64,000 bases of DNA from the human T2T-CHM13v2.0 reference genome, Homo sapiens: assembly GCF_009914755.1 (NCBI RefSeq), contig NC_060936.1; one strand, 5' to 3'. The notes under the pieces are model-generated. The model ran no database searches. It worked only from the letters and a program-made list of their open reading frames with translations, and was not told the DNA's origin. Of this stretch, positions 30,971 through 48,380 are shown piece after piece (within the stretch, counting starts at the first letter, position 1; every line of letters starts with the position of its first letter). Made by a program: the position numbers and the translations under genes.

Positions 30971-32629
30971 GAGGGAAGCAGGATAACGCAGGCGACCCGA
31001 GAAGGACGGTGAATCTGACTGGCAAGACGGGAAAGTAGGCGAAGGGGAAGAGGTGATACAGGGAAGGTGCGGTGGGGCCGGTAGGAGAAGAGAAGCAGAA
31101 AAAAAAGGAAGAGAAGGGGAGAAGCTGGCAGAGAGGAAGAAGAAAAGGGGAAGGTGGGGGCAAAGAAAGAGAGAAATGAGCTGGAGAAGAGGAAGGCGTG
31201 GGTCCCTGAAGGGGCGCAAATTCTTTTCCCAGGCCCAGGCCTTCCAGGGGCTGGAATCCATCTAGAGACCCGCTGAGGAGAGCCCACACTCGCCTCTTGC
31301 TCGCAGCAATCTATTGTTCTGGGGAATTCCCTGGAACACAAGGATCCTGGAGCTCTAAGCGACCTTAAAGAGCATCTGGTCCTGCTCCTTCCTTCAGCCA
31401 TGATAAAACTTGGGGTGGGAAGACTGTTCATGCTGGGTTTTCTCTGGGAGTGAGACCTCAGGACGGTTTTGGCTGTTTCTACTAGGAACACAAACTAAAT
31501 AAACCAGGCCCTCTGTAGCAAGGGCTAATTCTTCCAGAAACTTCTGAATAAATCATTCTATTTGACAAACATTTATGAACTACAGGAGGAAGTGACTCTT
31601 AAAGTGAGAAAAGTTTTCCAGAAAGGAAGGGCAGCATGAGCAAAAGCTCAGAGATACTAATCAGCATCAACCAAATCATTCATTTCTATAATAATTTTAT
31701 GTAAAGTACCTGCCAGATGCATATGTGCAAAGTAATGTACTAGGATCTCCACCAGGCATAGATAAGAAATTATTGTTTCTGTAATCTAATTGATTCCAGT
31801 ATAGTAGAGTAGATATGTCATGCACATGAATCAGTAAAATATAAGTCAAGATCTCTGTAAGAGCTCTTCAAGCCAAGTGCCACAGAGCTTAAGGGAGGGA
31901 GAGGCTTCATTTGACTATGATGATCTGATAAGGTTTGATGGAGGTGTTATTCAAGCTGGACCATGAAGAATGAGAAGGATTTCAACAGGTAGAGACAACA
32001 GTGGGCCACAGATGGGGAAGATACAGCAGATAGCAGGAAAAGACTAACAAACAGAAACAGAGCAGTATGGTTTAATCTAATTTGGCAGGGAAATTACCCT
32101 CTCTTCCCTTTTATAGGAGCAGGGTAGGAAGAAGGCTGGGATGTGGGTGTTAGCATATTTGTTGTTATGCTGTTGCATTCTTTACACAGGTGGCCCATCA
32201 GGCTCCTGTTGACCTCCTGCTCTTCCAGGATAGGCATATTTGTGGGTACCATGTGCCCAATGAGCTGGGCCACCCAACCCCTTCTAGTGCCAGACTTGCA
32301 TGACCTTATAGGAAGTTATTCGTGCTATGAAAATACAATGACTTCTCTGCAGTTCTGATGTGTTTTTATTTTGCTTCTATCCCATGTACCTTCTTAGCAA
32401 AATTCCTTTTGTAAAGAATGAATGAAGGAAGCTTATCCACAGCTGAGCCCACGGTTGGGGGAAACAGCACCCTGGAGGATGCTTTGGTAGTGACCAGCAT
32501 TCCATCTAAAGAATGGAGGTTGGGGGATGGAACTAGGACACACAAAACCTCAAACTCTTTTCTTCTGAACTTTCTTTGCTTGCCTATTTGGTTTGTTGCC
32601 CAGGATTGTGTGCTGATAGAGACAAATAC

Positions 32630-32760
32630 TATAAGTGAAACAGCCTGCAGCATAATTATACATGGGGGTTGTTGAAAATGCAAATTTCTGGGCCCTGTAT
32701 CAGTCCTGCTGTATTGGAATCACTAAGAATGAGGACCAAGAACTTTCATTTTTTAACTTC
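32630..32760. mobile_element. MER5A-like hAT DNA transposon fragment
   Basis: GTTGAAAATGCAAATTTCTGGGCCC...GGAATCACTAAGAATGAGGACCAAGAACTTTCATTTTTAAC. Confidence 0.55.
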
Positions 32761-33234
32761 TTGCTGTTATTTTTTAAAAATCAACTTTACTGACTTACAA
32801 TTTATATCCAGTAATAGGCACTCATCTTGATTGCACAGTTCAATGAATTTTGACAAATATATACATCTCCGTAGTCACCACTACAATCAAAATTTCCATT
32901 ATTGCAAAAAGTAACCTCATGCCCCATTGCAGTCAATCCTCCCCTCCTCAGCACCAGTTAACCACTGATCTGCTTTCCATCAATATATGTTATTTGTGCC
33001 TCTTATGGAATTTCACATAAATGGAAATCATACAGCATGTACTACTTCATGTCTTTCTTTTTTGCTCAGCATAGTGCTTTTGAGGCTTAATCATTCTGTT
33101 ATGGGAATCTCTCGTTTGTTCCTTTTATTTTTGAGTCGTATTCACAATAGATATACCATCACTTATGTATTCACCTGTTGATGAACATTTTGGTTGTTTC
33201 CAAGTTCTGGTTATTTTTAATAAAGTGGCTGTGA

Positions 33235-33539
<305 letters not shown>

Positions 33540-33647
33540 TGATTATTAATGGACAAGTCTTTGTGTGGACATATTTCATCTGTTTTATCAAGACTAAAAT
33601 TATAGAACTGAAATTGCTGGATTACATAAAAATATGTATTTAACTGA

Positions 33648-34043
<396 letters not shown>

Positions 34044-34244
34044 TAACATTTGGTATTTTCATCCCTTTTTTATTTAATGCATTTGAGTGGGCAAGTAGTT
34101 GCATATGAATATGGTTTTAATAAGTGTTTTCCTGGTGACTAACACCATTGAGTATCTTCACATGTGTTTTATTGTTTACTTGTGTATCTCCTTTGCCCAC
34201 TGTTTCTATTGAATTGTCTGCCTTCTTATTTTTGAGTTGTAAGA

Positions 34245-34649
34245 TGTGTTAGGACATTCTTGTATTGCTATAAAGAAATACTTGAGATTGGGCAATTTAT
34301 AAACAAAAGGGGTTTAATTGGCAAGGTTCTGCAACCTGTACAGGAAGCATGGTGCCAGCATCTGCGTGCCTTCTGAAAAGGCCTCACAGAACTTTTACTC
34401 ATGGCGGAAGGCAAAGCGGGAGTCAGCACATCAAATGGCAAAGGCAGGAGCAAGAGAGAGTGAGGGGGGAGGTGCTACACACATTTCAACAACCAGATCT
34501 CACAGGAACTCATCACCATCCTGAAGACAGCACCAAGCCACGAGGGAACCGCCCCCAAGACTCAAACACCCTATCAGGCCCCACCTCCAACACTGGGGAT
34601 TACAATGCAACATGAAATTTGGGCGGGGCCAAATATTTAAACTATATCA
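34245..34649 (-). mobile_element. MST (MSTB-like) solo LTR
   Basis: TGTGTTAGGACATTCTTGTATTGCTATAAAGAAATAC...AACTATATCA; 5-bp TSD TAAGA. Confidence 0.85.
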
Positions 34650-35138
34650 TAAGACTTTTTACTACATTCTGGAAAGCAGTCTTTGTCAGATGTATGTATG
34701 GCAAATATTTTCTTCCAGCCTGTGGTTTTCCTTTTCATTGTCTTAATATCTGTTGAAGAGCAAAGATTTTTATTTTGATGGAAAATATACTGATTTTTAT
34801 TCTATGCTTCATGCTTTTTGTGTCCTATCAAAAATTCTTTGCCTATTCAGGGTTATAAGCATGCTCTCTTGTTTGTTTGTTTGTTTGTTTGTTTTGCTGG
34901 AGGTTTTATAGTTTTTGCTTTCAAGTTTAGGTCTATGATCCATTCCACGTTAACTTTTGTGTTCAATGTGAAGAGTTAAGGTTCATTTCTTTCTTAAGTG
35001 TTTGACAGAACGAAGCCATGTCTGCCCAGAGGTCTATTTGTGGGAAGATTTTTAAACTACACGTTCAGGTTTTTTAATAGGTACAGGACTATTCAGGTAT
35101 TCTATTTCTTTGTCTATCCATTTTGGTATTTGCCTCTC

Positions 35139-36877
35139 TGGTAGGCAGAATGACCTCCCAAGGATGCCCATATCTTTGTCCCCTGAACCTATAAATGTGT
35201 TACTGTACATGACAAAAGGCACTTTAAAAATGTTATTAAAGTAAAGGTCTGGAGATGAGAAGTTCATCCTGGATTATATGGGTGGATCCAAAGTAATCAC
35301 AAGTCTTTGTAAGAGGGAGGCAGGGCCTATTCAACAAATGATGCTGGGATAATTGGCAAGCCACATGTAGGAGAATAAAACTGGATCCTCATCCCTCACC
35401 TTACACAAAAATCCACTCAAGATGGATCAAGGACTTAAATCTAAGACCTGAAAAAATAAAAATTTTAGAAGATAACACTGGAAAAACCCTTCTAGACATT
35501 GGCTTAGGCAAAGATTTCATGACCAAGAACCCAAAAGCAAATGCAACAAAAACAAAGAGAAACAGGTGGGACTTACTTAAACTAAAAAACTTTTGCACGG
35601 CAAAAGAAACAATCAGCAGAGTAAAAAGACAATCCAGAGTGGGAGAAAATCTTCACAATCTATACATCCAACAAAAGACTAATATCCAGAATCTACAAGG
35701 AACACAAACAAATTAGCAAGAAAAAAGCAAACAATCCCATCAAAAAGTGAGCTAAGGACATGAATAGACAATTCTCAAAAGAAGATATACAAATGGCCAA
35801 CAAACATGAGAACACGAGTAACATCACTAACGATCAGGGAAATGCAAATCAAAATCACAGTGTGATACCACCTTACTCCTATAAGAATGGCCATTATCAA
35901 AAAATCCAAAAGTAATAGATGTTGGCATGGATGCAGTGAAAAGGGAAAATTTCTAACTGCTGGTGGGAATGTAAACTAGTACAACCATGATTGAAAGCAG
36001 TGAGGAAATTCCTTAAAGAACTAAAAGTAGAACTGTCATTTGATCCATCAATCCCACTAAGGGACATATACCCAGAAGAAAATAAGTCATCATATGAAAA
36101 AGATACTTGCACACGCATGTTTATAGCAGCGCAATTCGCAATTGCAAAAATGTGGAGCCAGTCCAAATGCCCCTCAATCAATGAGTGGATAAAAAAAACT
36201 GTGGTATATGTATGATGGAATACTACTCAGCCATAAACAGGAATGAATTAATGGCATCCACAGCAACTGGATGGAACTGGAGACTATTACTCTAAGTGAA
36301 GTAACTCAGGAATGGAAAACCAAACATCGTATGTTCTCACTCCTAAGTGGGAGCTAAGTTAAGAGGATGCAGAGGCATAAGAAGGATAAAATGGACTTCA
36401 GGGGCTCAGGGGGAAAGGGTGGGAGGGGATGATGGACAAAAGACTACAAATTGGGTTCAGTGTATACTGCTTGGGTGATGGATGCATCAGAATCTCACAA
36501 ATCGCCACTAAAGACCTTACTCATGTAACCAAATACCACCTGTTCCCCCAAAACCTATGGAAGTAAAAAATTAAAAAAAAAAAAAAACAAGCCAGAGATG
36601 GGATGTGACCAGAGAAGCAGAGGTCGGAGTGATGTGATTGCTGCTGCGAGCCAGAAGCCAAGGAATGCTGGCAGCCGGAGGATGCTGGGAAAGGACAGAA
36701 ACAGATTCTCCCCTGGAGCCTGCAGAAGGAGCACAGTGCTGTCAATACCTCTATTTCAGCCAGATGAAGCCCAGTTTAGACTCTTGGCTTCTGAAACTGT
36801 AAGATACTAAATCTGTGTAGTTTTGGGTCACTGTGTTTGTGGTAATTTATTACAGCTGCAAATGGAAACTAAACTAG
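35139..36877 (+). mobile_element. MLT1D-like LTR interrupted by an L1PB
   Basis: TGGTAGGCAGAATGACCTCCCAAGGATG... resumes at ~36590 with AGATTCTCCCCTGGAGCCTGCAGAAGG. Confidence 0.75.
35326..36590 (+). mobile_element. 5'-truncated L1PB
   Basis: ORF2 C-terminal fragments; 3'UTR ending AAAACCTATGGAAGTAAAAAATT plus A tail. Confidence 0.9.
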
Positions 36878-37164
36878 GTTTCTAAGGTGGAAACTTAGAG
36901 TATTAATTTTAGACTTTTCTTCTTTATTAATTTAAGCACTTAGAGCTGTAAAGTTCCTACCAAGCACTGCTTTTGCTGGAGCTCACAAATTTTGTTTTCA
37001 TTTTCATTCAGCGCAAAATATTTTGTAATTTCCTTTGTTATTTAAAAGTGGGCACGAAAGGTGGACTTTGGTGCTTGTGCCTCGGTTGACCTTGTTAAGA
37101 AGAGTGACTGAGACATGTCTCAATCAATTCCAGGTTTAATTAGCCAAATTTGAGGATGTGCTGA

Positions 37165-40777
<3,613 letters not shown>

Positions 40778-42519
40778 AGGTTCACAAAAACCTGTACATG
40801 CATGTTCCTAAGAACTTTATTCCTCACAGTGGAAACCACCCAAATATCTTTCAATGGTGAAGGAGTCAACAAACTCTAGGATATCCACACAAGAGTAAAA
40901 ATAAATAAACTACTGATACAGGCAACGGCGTGGAGGATCATAAGAGCAGGAAGCTTGGTGAAAAAGGCCAGTCTTACAGAAGGTTACACACTACGCGCTT
41001 CCATGTACATAACATCCTCCATATGACAAAACTAGAGATGGAGGAGAACAGAGAAGGGATTTGTGGCTGCCAAGGACACACGGGCAATGTGTGGGGATGA
41101 GGCTCAAAAGGAGAATCACAAGGGAGGTGAGTTCCACTCGGTGACGAGACAGTTCTATGGCAATGGCAGGGGTGGAGATGGTTACAAGATACTACACATG
41201 AGATCACCTTGCGTAGAATACACACACAGCGCATACAGACACTGAAAGCTGCATAAGGTCCATAGTCTAACAAGGTCCGTAGTCTTAACAATAGCCAACC
41301 GATGCCAATGCCCTGGTTTTCTCTCTACTACTTTTGCAACTAACTGTGAATCCACAATTATATCCAAAAAAAAGTTAAGAAGAGAACTAGCAGATAGTAG
41401 CAACATGATCATTGATTAGAGTCAGCCCAATGCCCATCCATAGGGGACTGATCAAATAAACTAGAGTCCATCCACACCATGTATGCAACAATAAAAAATA
41501 AGGAATATATTTGCCACCTGGTGTGCATAAGTGATAAAAGCAAGATTCAGAGCACTTGGAGAGACTGCACTACCTACTGTGTGAGAAAAAAAGGGAAATC
41601 AGAATGTACCAGAAACACACATTTGCTTCTTTCCACAATAAAAATGGCAAGGACAAATCAGAAGCCAATGAATATGGTTCTCCCTAGGGGTGACTGAGGA
41701 ACAGGTTAAGAGGATCCAGATAGGAGCAAAACTACTCTGAGTACAACTGTAGTTGTAACTTTTTAATTATGTAAATCTTTACATCACCAATATCTTCTAT
41801 TAAGAAAGGAGAACAGAAATTCTAAAATTTAACACCAATTTTAAAATCTAAATTATATCAATTTCATGCTGTAACCACACAGAAAACGATTACCTCAGTA
41901 ACTTCTGAACAAAATACTCTGTCTGTACCCCTGAGTGATCTCAATTCTGACAACAAAAGAACTGCAAAGAAAACTGAAGCTTCATGTGGTAAGTGGGGAA
42001 CAGGGTAATCAAGAGAAGGCCAGAATATCACATTGACCTTAGCATAAAGTGAGCCAAATCTCTAAAAACACAGCCAAGCCAATTTAAACATAGGCAAACT
42101 GCCTGAACCTGAACTTCAACCCTTTGAGCCAAGTACTTTATAAACATTGTCTCACTCAGTTGCAGAACAGCTGCATAAACCAGGTACTACTGTTCTCCCA
42201 TTTTCCCAGAGAAATTGAAGTAGGGAGAAGTGGCATAAGTCCCCAAGGCCACACAGCTAACAGGAGAACCAGGCTCTGGACCTGGAGGGTAGGGAAGTGC
42301 AGAGCCCATGCTTCTAACCTTTAATTCCTTGGAGGGAGCAGAGAGGAGGTGGCCACAGCCCTAGCTAAAGAGCAGAAGGAAGAAGGGAAAATTCTCCTCC
42401 AAGGGAGCAGACCAACATTGCTTAGACCCTAACCCTGATAACACTTCTCTCAAAGTTCTGTGCCCAAGCTTCATCCTCAGGTTGATCTCTTTTCCCGCCC
42501 TTGACTGCTCTGTTCTCAG

Positions 42520-42973
42520 CTCTACAGGGTTGACAAAATTCATGTCGACCTAAACCCCAGAAGGTGACCTTGTTTGGAAAGAGGGTCTTTGCAGATGAGA
42601 TCAAGGTAAGGGGAGCTCACAGTGGATTAGAGTGGGCCCTACCTAGTACAATAACTGCTGTCCTTATTAGGAAGAGAACACACACACACATCACACACAT
42701 CACAGACACACACACACGAGAATGTGCCCTGTGCAAATGGAGGCAGAGCTTTGAGTGATGTGTCTACAAGGCCCGGAACAGAGGGTGCCAGGAACTAGCA
42801 GAAGCCAGGAGAGAGCCATGGAGCTGATCTGCCTCAGAACCTCCAGTAGGACTCACCCTGACAACACCTTGACTTTGAACTTCTAGTCTTCACAACTGAG
42901 ACAATAAACACCTGATGTTTAAAGCCAGCCAGCTATGGCGTGTTATTATGAGAACCCTAGGAACCCAATACAC
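42520..42973 (+). mobile_element. MaLR LTR (MLT1B/C-like)
   Basis: GTGACCTTGTTTGGAAAGAGGGTCTTTGCAGATGAG...CCCTAGGAACCCAATACA. Confidence 0.8.
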
Positions 42974-43864
42974 CGACTTTCAAGGGCCTTATCCCACTGA
43001 CCTCCAAGCAGGCCTGGATCAGTGTGTCTCAGTTCTGGGAGCTCCCACGAGCCTGCAGAGAGACCGTGGGGACTTCCTGAACAGTGACTGAGGAGGAAAG
43101 AGGGACTCAGAGTATTGCCTCAATACTGCCCCTTCCTCCTCCTAAACTCTGCTGGGCTCTTTCTCTCCCCCAGGAAGGCTTCCCTGCTAAATTCTGCCCT
43201 GCAACTTGTCCCATACATTTCCAAGTGCTGCCTTCCTGCTGTGAACTTGAATGGAGTCCTCTGTTTTTTGCACAAAAGCACAAATGTCTGCTTGGGATAT
43301 AGCTCATCCTACTGGGTTGAGACTTCCCTGACAGATTCCCCCAGCCCTGCGTTCCCCACACCCTAGGCTGTGCTCATTCTGGGGCTCTGCTCCTGGTGCG
43401 TGCTGCTTGGGTCAGTAGCGATGACTAGGAGGTCCCTGGCACCAGGGAAGAAAGAAGGCCGGCCTGGCCATCTGCAGGGCAATCACAAACGCCAGGACAG
43501 GGCATTTCTCCCGCTTGCCCTTTCATGAATAATGTGGACCTGCCCAGAAAAAGTGAGTATTTGCCTTTAAACCAAAACCTTATCAAGAAAGTAGGCGATA
43601 TGCCTGGAAGGTCTCCTACAAGATACTTGTGGGCCCGAAAAATGGCAAGAAGCGTGAAAGAAAAGGAAAGACCACACTCTGCAGAACGAAGTCCTCAAAA
43701 GAAACCCAACTCCAGATTAAAGCCAATCTTGCTGGGCAGCCAGGATTCCCAGCCTGCCCCAAATACGAGGAAGCCCTGTCAAACGCCCACCCACCACCAC
43801 CAGAACCACACGAAGCCAACAGTCCCTGAAGAAACCAAACTCTTTCATAAACAGTAGAACATTC

Positions 43865-44192
43865 TGTTTCAAAAAATTCTTCTTAATATCCTCAAAGAAA
43901 TCCAAGAAACTATAGCATCAATAAAATGGAACAACCAGTCAAGATAAAGGAATACTCAGAGAGCAGGAAAGAGTTCCTAGGAGGAAAACAGAAGAATGCA
44001 GATGAACACACAAACCCTGCCCTCCCTTGTTTCAAAAAATTCTTCTTAATATCCTCAAAGAAATCCAAGCAACTATAGCATCAATAAAATGGAACAACCA
44101 GTCAAGATAAAGGAATACTCAGAGAGCAGGAAAGAGTTCCTAGGAGGAAAACAGAAGAATGCAGATGAAGACACGAACCCCCTGCCCTCCCT
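43865..44192. repeat. 163-bp tandem duplication
   Basis: 43865-44027 vs 44028-44192; about 3 substitutions and one 2-bp indel. Confidence 0.95.
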
Positions 44193-44342
44193 CCAGGAAA
44201 CCCTGGTGGCCCTGCAGGAAAGGGACTCAGTCTCCTACCCCTGGGTTCCCTGCAGTGGCTCACCCATGGGCCTTGAGGAAAGTCATGTCTGTACCTTCCA
44301 GCCTGGATTCAGCTGTATGACAGCTATAAAGGGAGCGAGTCA

Positions 44343-44625
44343 GCCGGGCACGGTGGCTCACACCTGTAATCCCAGCACTCTGGGAGGCCAAGGTGGGAGG
44401 ATCACGAGGTCAGGAGATCCAGACCATCCTGGCCAACATGGTGAAACCCCGTCTCTACTAAAAATACAAAAAATTAGCTGGGTGTGGTGGCACATGCCTG
44501 TAATCCCAGCTACTCAGGAGGCTGAGGCAGGAGAATCACTTGAACCCAGGAGGCAGAGGTTGCAGTGAGCCGAGATCACGCCACTGCACTCCAGCCTGGG
44601 CAACAGAGCAAGACTCCATCTCAAA

Positions 44626-44670
<45 letters not shown>
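44343..44670 (+). mobile_element. AluSc-like element with (AAT)n tail
   Basis: Dimeric Alu. Confidence 0.95.
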
Positions 44671-45463
44671 GAAATAAATAAAGGGAGGGAGTCAGTGTCC
44701 ACCTTTGGGCCAGATATTCCAGGGGCACAGTGATCATCAATGAGTGCCCCGTGGAAGAATGATAATCTCCTGGGTGGAGGAGAGGCTGCCTCACCTAGCA
44801 GCCCTTCCTCTGATGAGGCCTTCCTTTTTGTTTTTCTTAGAGATGACAAGAGGGCCTTACATAAAACTTCCAAGCCTACAGCCTCCCACCCTCTCAAAAA
44901 CAACAACAGTTGACAGCCTTCAAAGAGCTCTTTACCACACTGGCCTGTCCCTCTGTGGATCTGGACTCCTCCTTCTGCATCACCTCTGACGGGGGCAGGC
45001 AGAGCATGCTCCAGTAGCAGGTGAGAAGCAGCTTTGTTCTACTATCCAGCTCAGAGAGCGACAGGAACTTCCTAAGATCTGGGATGAGACAGAGGTGTGA
45101 CCAGAGAGCAGAGCCCAGGAATGCCACTGAGGAGAGGGGACTTCATATTATAGAGAGGGATGCCAGAGGCCAAGGGATAGGCAGGGGCCAGACACGGGTG
45201 CGTCTGGTTCAAAGCCCACACTCTTCCGGGGTCCTCCACCCACAAGAAGAGACGGGAGCCACAGGACTCTGGACTGCATGTCTGCCCAGCATGGAGTGTG
45301 GCCCACATGAGCAGATCCACCCAGATGACGTTCCAGAGGGACAGAGAGGCTGCTCCCCTCCTCACCCAGAGGAAGATTCATCCCTCAGCTTGGAACTCCA
45401 TCCCTTCCACAGTCAGCCCCACAGCCCAGCCCCACTTCTCCTCCCTTTCAAACAAGCCCTCAC

Positions 45464-45623
45464 CCTCCAGGATCTGCAACATCTTGGGAACCTCCCACAT
45501 CCACAGCTGGCCCACATTTGACTTGATGACGGGGTGCAGGGAGGCAATGGGATGCGGAGCATATAACAGCTTTAGGGTGTTTTTTCCAAATGCCTTTTCT
45601 CTGTAGGGCTTCAGGGAGAACAA
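45464..45623 (-). pseudogene. MROH-like exon LFSLKPYREKAFGKNTLKLLYAPHPIASLHPVIKSNVGQLWMWEVPKMLQILE
   Basis: ttcag|...|gtgagg, 160 nt; cf. MROH1 VVSSSPYLGDGRGAAALRLLSVLHPNIHPLLGQHWETTVPLLLGYLD. Confidence 0.82.
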
Positions 45624-45905
45624 CTGAACAGCCAGAGAAGCAAATGGGAGGCAGAGAAGAATGAAGGCAAAGAAGAAAATTAGAACAAACCCATGGAATG
45701 GTAGAGCTGAAGCTGAGCCCTCCCATTCTTTTCCACCTGCTGAACAAGTTCCCCAAAATGCCCTCAGATGCCACCTCCTCTGTGACGCCCTCCGTGACTC
45801 CTGGAGGCCAAGTTATCCATTGCTCTGCTAAGATCCCATTGCACTTGTTAGTACCTCTGTCACCTTTAACTGTGGGTGGTGAGGTTACTCCCAGGTTTGT
45901 CTCCC

Positions 45906-46612
45906 TCACTAGCACTGTGAACCCCTCAAAGCCAGGTGTATATCCTGTCTCTCCACTAGCACTGTGAACCCCTCGAAGCCAGGTGTATATCCTGTCTCTC
46001 CACTAGCACTGTGAACCCCTCGAAGCCAGGTGTATATCCTGTCTCTCCACTAGCACTGTGAACCCCTCGAAGCCAGGTGCACATCCTGTCTCTCCACTAG
46101 CACTGTGAACCCCTCGAAGCCAGGTGCACATCCTGTCTCTCCACTAGCACTGTGAACCCCTCGAAGCCAGGTGCACATCCTGTCTCTCCACTAGCACTGT
46201 GAACCCCTCAAAGCCAGGTGTATATCCTGTCTCTCCACTAGCACTGTGAACCCCTGAAGCCAGGTGTATATCCTGTCTCTCCACTAGCACTGTGAACCCC
46301 TGAAGCCAGGTGTATATCCTGTCTCTCCACTAGCACTGTGAACCCCTCGAAGCCAGGTGTATATCCTGTCTCTCCACTAGCACTGTGAACCCCTCGAAGC
46401 CAGGTGTATATCCTGTCTCTCCACTAGCACTGTGAACCCCTCGAAGCCAGGTGTATATCCTGTCTCTCCACTAGCACTGTGAACCCCTCGAAGCCAGGTG
46501 TATATCCTGTCTCTCCACTAGCACTGTGAACCCCTCGAAGCCAGGTGCACATCCTGTCTCTCCACTAGCACTGTGAACCCCTCGAAGCCAGGTGCACATC
46601 CTGTCTCTCCAC
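45906..46612. repeat. 47-bp minisatellite, ~15 copies
   Basis: CCACTAGCACTGTGAACCCCTCGAAGCCAGGTG(TATA/CACA)TCCTGTCTCT. Confidence 0.97.
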
Positions 46613-46984
46613 GTGTTCTTTATGTCTGTCACAGCACTGGGAAAATTAAGAAACTCAAAACATGCTTGCTGAGAAAAGGAGGTCCAGAAAGGCAGGGGGA
46701 CTTGTCCCAGGTCAACAGAGAGAAGCTCACAACAAGGCCACACAGAGAAGACAGCCAGGCCCTCCCTATGTCCTCTGCCTCCCCCTGTTCCAGTCCTACC
46801 ACTACGTGCCCAGGGCCCCACCTCCAAGCCCGTTGGCCTGAGGCGCCTCTTCCCAGGACCCCCGTGACCCTCGGCCCTCCCTCCTCACTCCATATCTGGC
46901 ATCAGGCCTGGAATGGAATGGCCCTGGGCTACTGTGAACTGATTGGATGGATGACACCATGTCCATCTCAGCACCACTATCCAC

Positions 46985-47025
46985 AAGGTGGGTCAGTAGT
47001 CTTTGTGGGGAGATGACCTTTGAGG
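46985..47025 (-). pseudogene. MROH-like exon PSKVISPQRLLTHL (acceptor lost)
   Basis: Polypyrimidine tract ends in CAC rather than CAG; cf. MROH1 ASLPSPYAVTGRLL. Confidence 0.65.
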
Positions 47026-47195
47026 GTGAGTTAAAGAGAGGGCAACAGAAGAAGACACAGTAAGGGTGAGCTCCCGGGAGCCCACCTCCAGCCCCCACTG
47101 GCATCCCCCATCAGTTCTTCAGAGCAGGAGTACAGGCAAAGAGGAAATGAGCATCAGTGTCCATGCCGAGGCCTTGTGACATCTCCACTCAGCCT

Positions 47196-47231
47196 AAAGA
47201 CCACCACTGCATGTTCCAATCACCTCGTGCT

Positions 47232-47264
<33 letters not shown>

Positions 47265-47870
47265 TTTTAGTCATTAACTTCTATATTACAAATGCTAAAT
47301 CAATAGATTTTGTATATTCATTAGTATTATCTATGTAAACACTCAAGTTACCTGCAGGTAGAGAAATATTTATTTTTTCCATTCCAAATTATTATGCTTT
47401 TATTCCTTTTTCTTGCTTTATTCTAATGCCTGGGACCTTCAGAATAGAAGTGATAGGGGAGTGCATTCTTGCCATGTTCATAAAGTTATGAAAACAATAT
47501 TCAGTCTTTCATTATGCACTATAGGGTAAGCTTTAGAATTTTGTCATTTCCAGAATTTTATATGATTTTAAATGATTGTCATTTCCAGAATTTTATAGAA
47601 ATCTAATTATGAAACATGTGCTCTTTTTTGTCTTATTTTTCTACAGAGCATCATTATTTTGAGATTCATCAATGTTGCTATGTATAATTAATTCATTTAT
47701 TTATATTTCTCAGTATGTTGCTCATTTCCTTATATTGTTCACTATGTTGCACAGATATAATGGAACATTTCACCTGTTCACCTCTTGATAGACATTTGGT
47801 TTACTTCCAGTTTGGGCTACTACAAATAAAGCAGCTATAAAAAAAAAAAAAAAAAAGACCACCACTGCAT
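47196..47870 (+). mobile_element. L1-mediated retro-insertion of a polyadenylated non-autonomous RNA (orphan transduction-like)
   Basis: Perfect 17-bp TSD AAAGACCACCACTGCAT (47196-47212, 47854-47870); AATAAA at 47825-47830; poly(A). Body is (TA)n plus antisense ancient L1M-like sequence. Confidence 0.85.
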
Positions 47871-48380
47871 CTTCAGCTTTAACAACAGTGACCACACCAC
47901 TGAGGAAGTGCTGAACAGACACCCTCACCGCTTCTCTAGCCCCACTGGGTTTAGAGGTCAAGGATGGGACAAGTATAGAGCCAGGCTCAGAGTGGGGCAA
48001 AAAGAGGACAAAGGAGCAGGACTGTCAGTGCAGCCATGAGTTTGTAATTAACAAGAGTGCTTTTCCACCTGGATGCCAGTGTTGTGAAAAGAGGACTAAA
48101 GGTGACAAGGAACTGGTTCTACGGTGGCTCCCTTCCAAAGGAGGCTCCCTTTCTCCACTGCCAGGGGCTAATTGCCTCAGGCTGCTCCCTGACCTTTGAC
48201 CTTCCCCTTCTCATCCTGGCCCTGGCTCAATCTGTGGCCTCATCCCCACCGCAGAGCTGTACCCTCTCCCCATCTCACACCCGTGCAGGGCCTCAGCCTG
48301 CCCCCACTGCCCTCCATGCCTGCAGCAGCTGGAGCCTTCCTGGCTGCCCCTCCCCATAGACCACCCAGCCTTGTACTCAC

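Noticed and set aside
30264-31491. Long overlapping ORFs around the CpG island
   Set aside because: Stop-poor GC- and GA-rich sequence; only the IQSEC3-homologous pieces are recognisable and their ATG is lost
43003-43087. Minus-strand segment with good splice signals
   Set aside because: No recognisable peptide; a lncRNA exon cannot be supported without transcript data
44780-45078. Possible further MROH exons (DLRKFLSLSELDSRTKLLL after an acceptor at 45079; VKSSLKAVN; LEVLCKALL)
   Set aside because: Similarity is marginal, with no consistent donor or phase
45906-46612. 47-bp (and 34-bp at 49387) repeats as CRISPR-like arrays
   Set aside because: Head-to-tail units with no unique spacers, in a eukaryotic context with no cas genes
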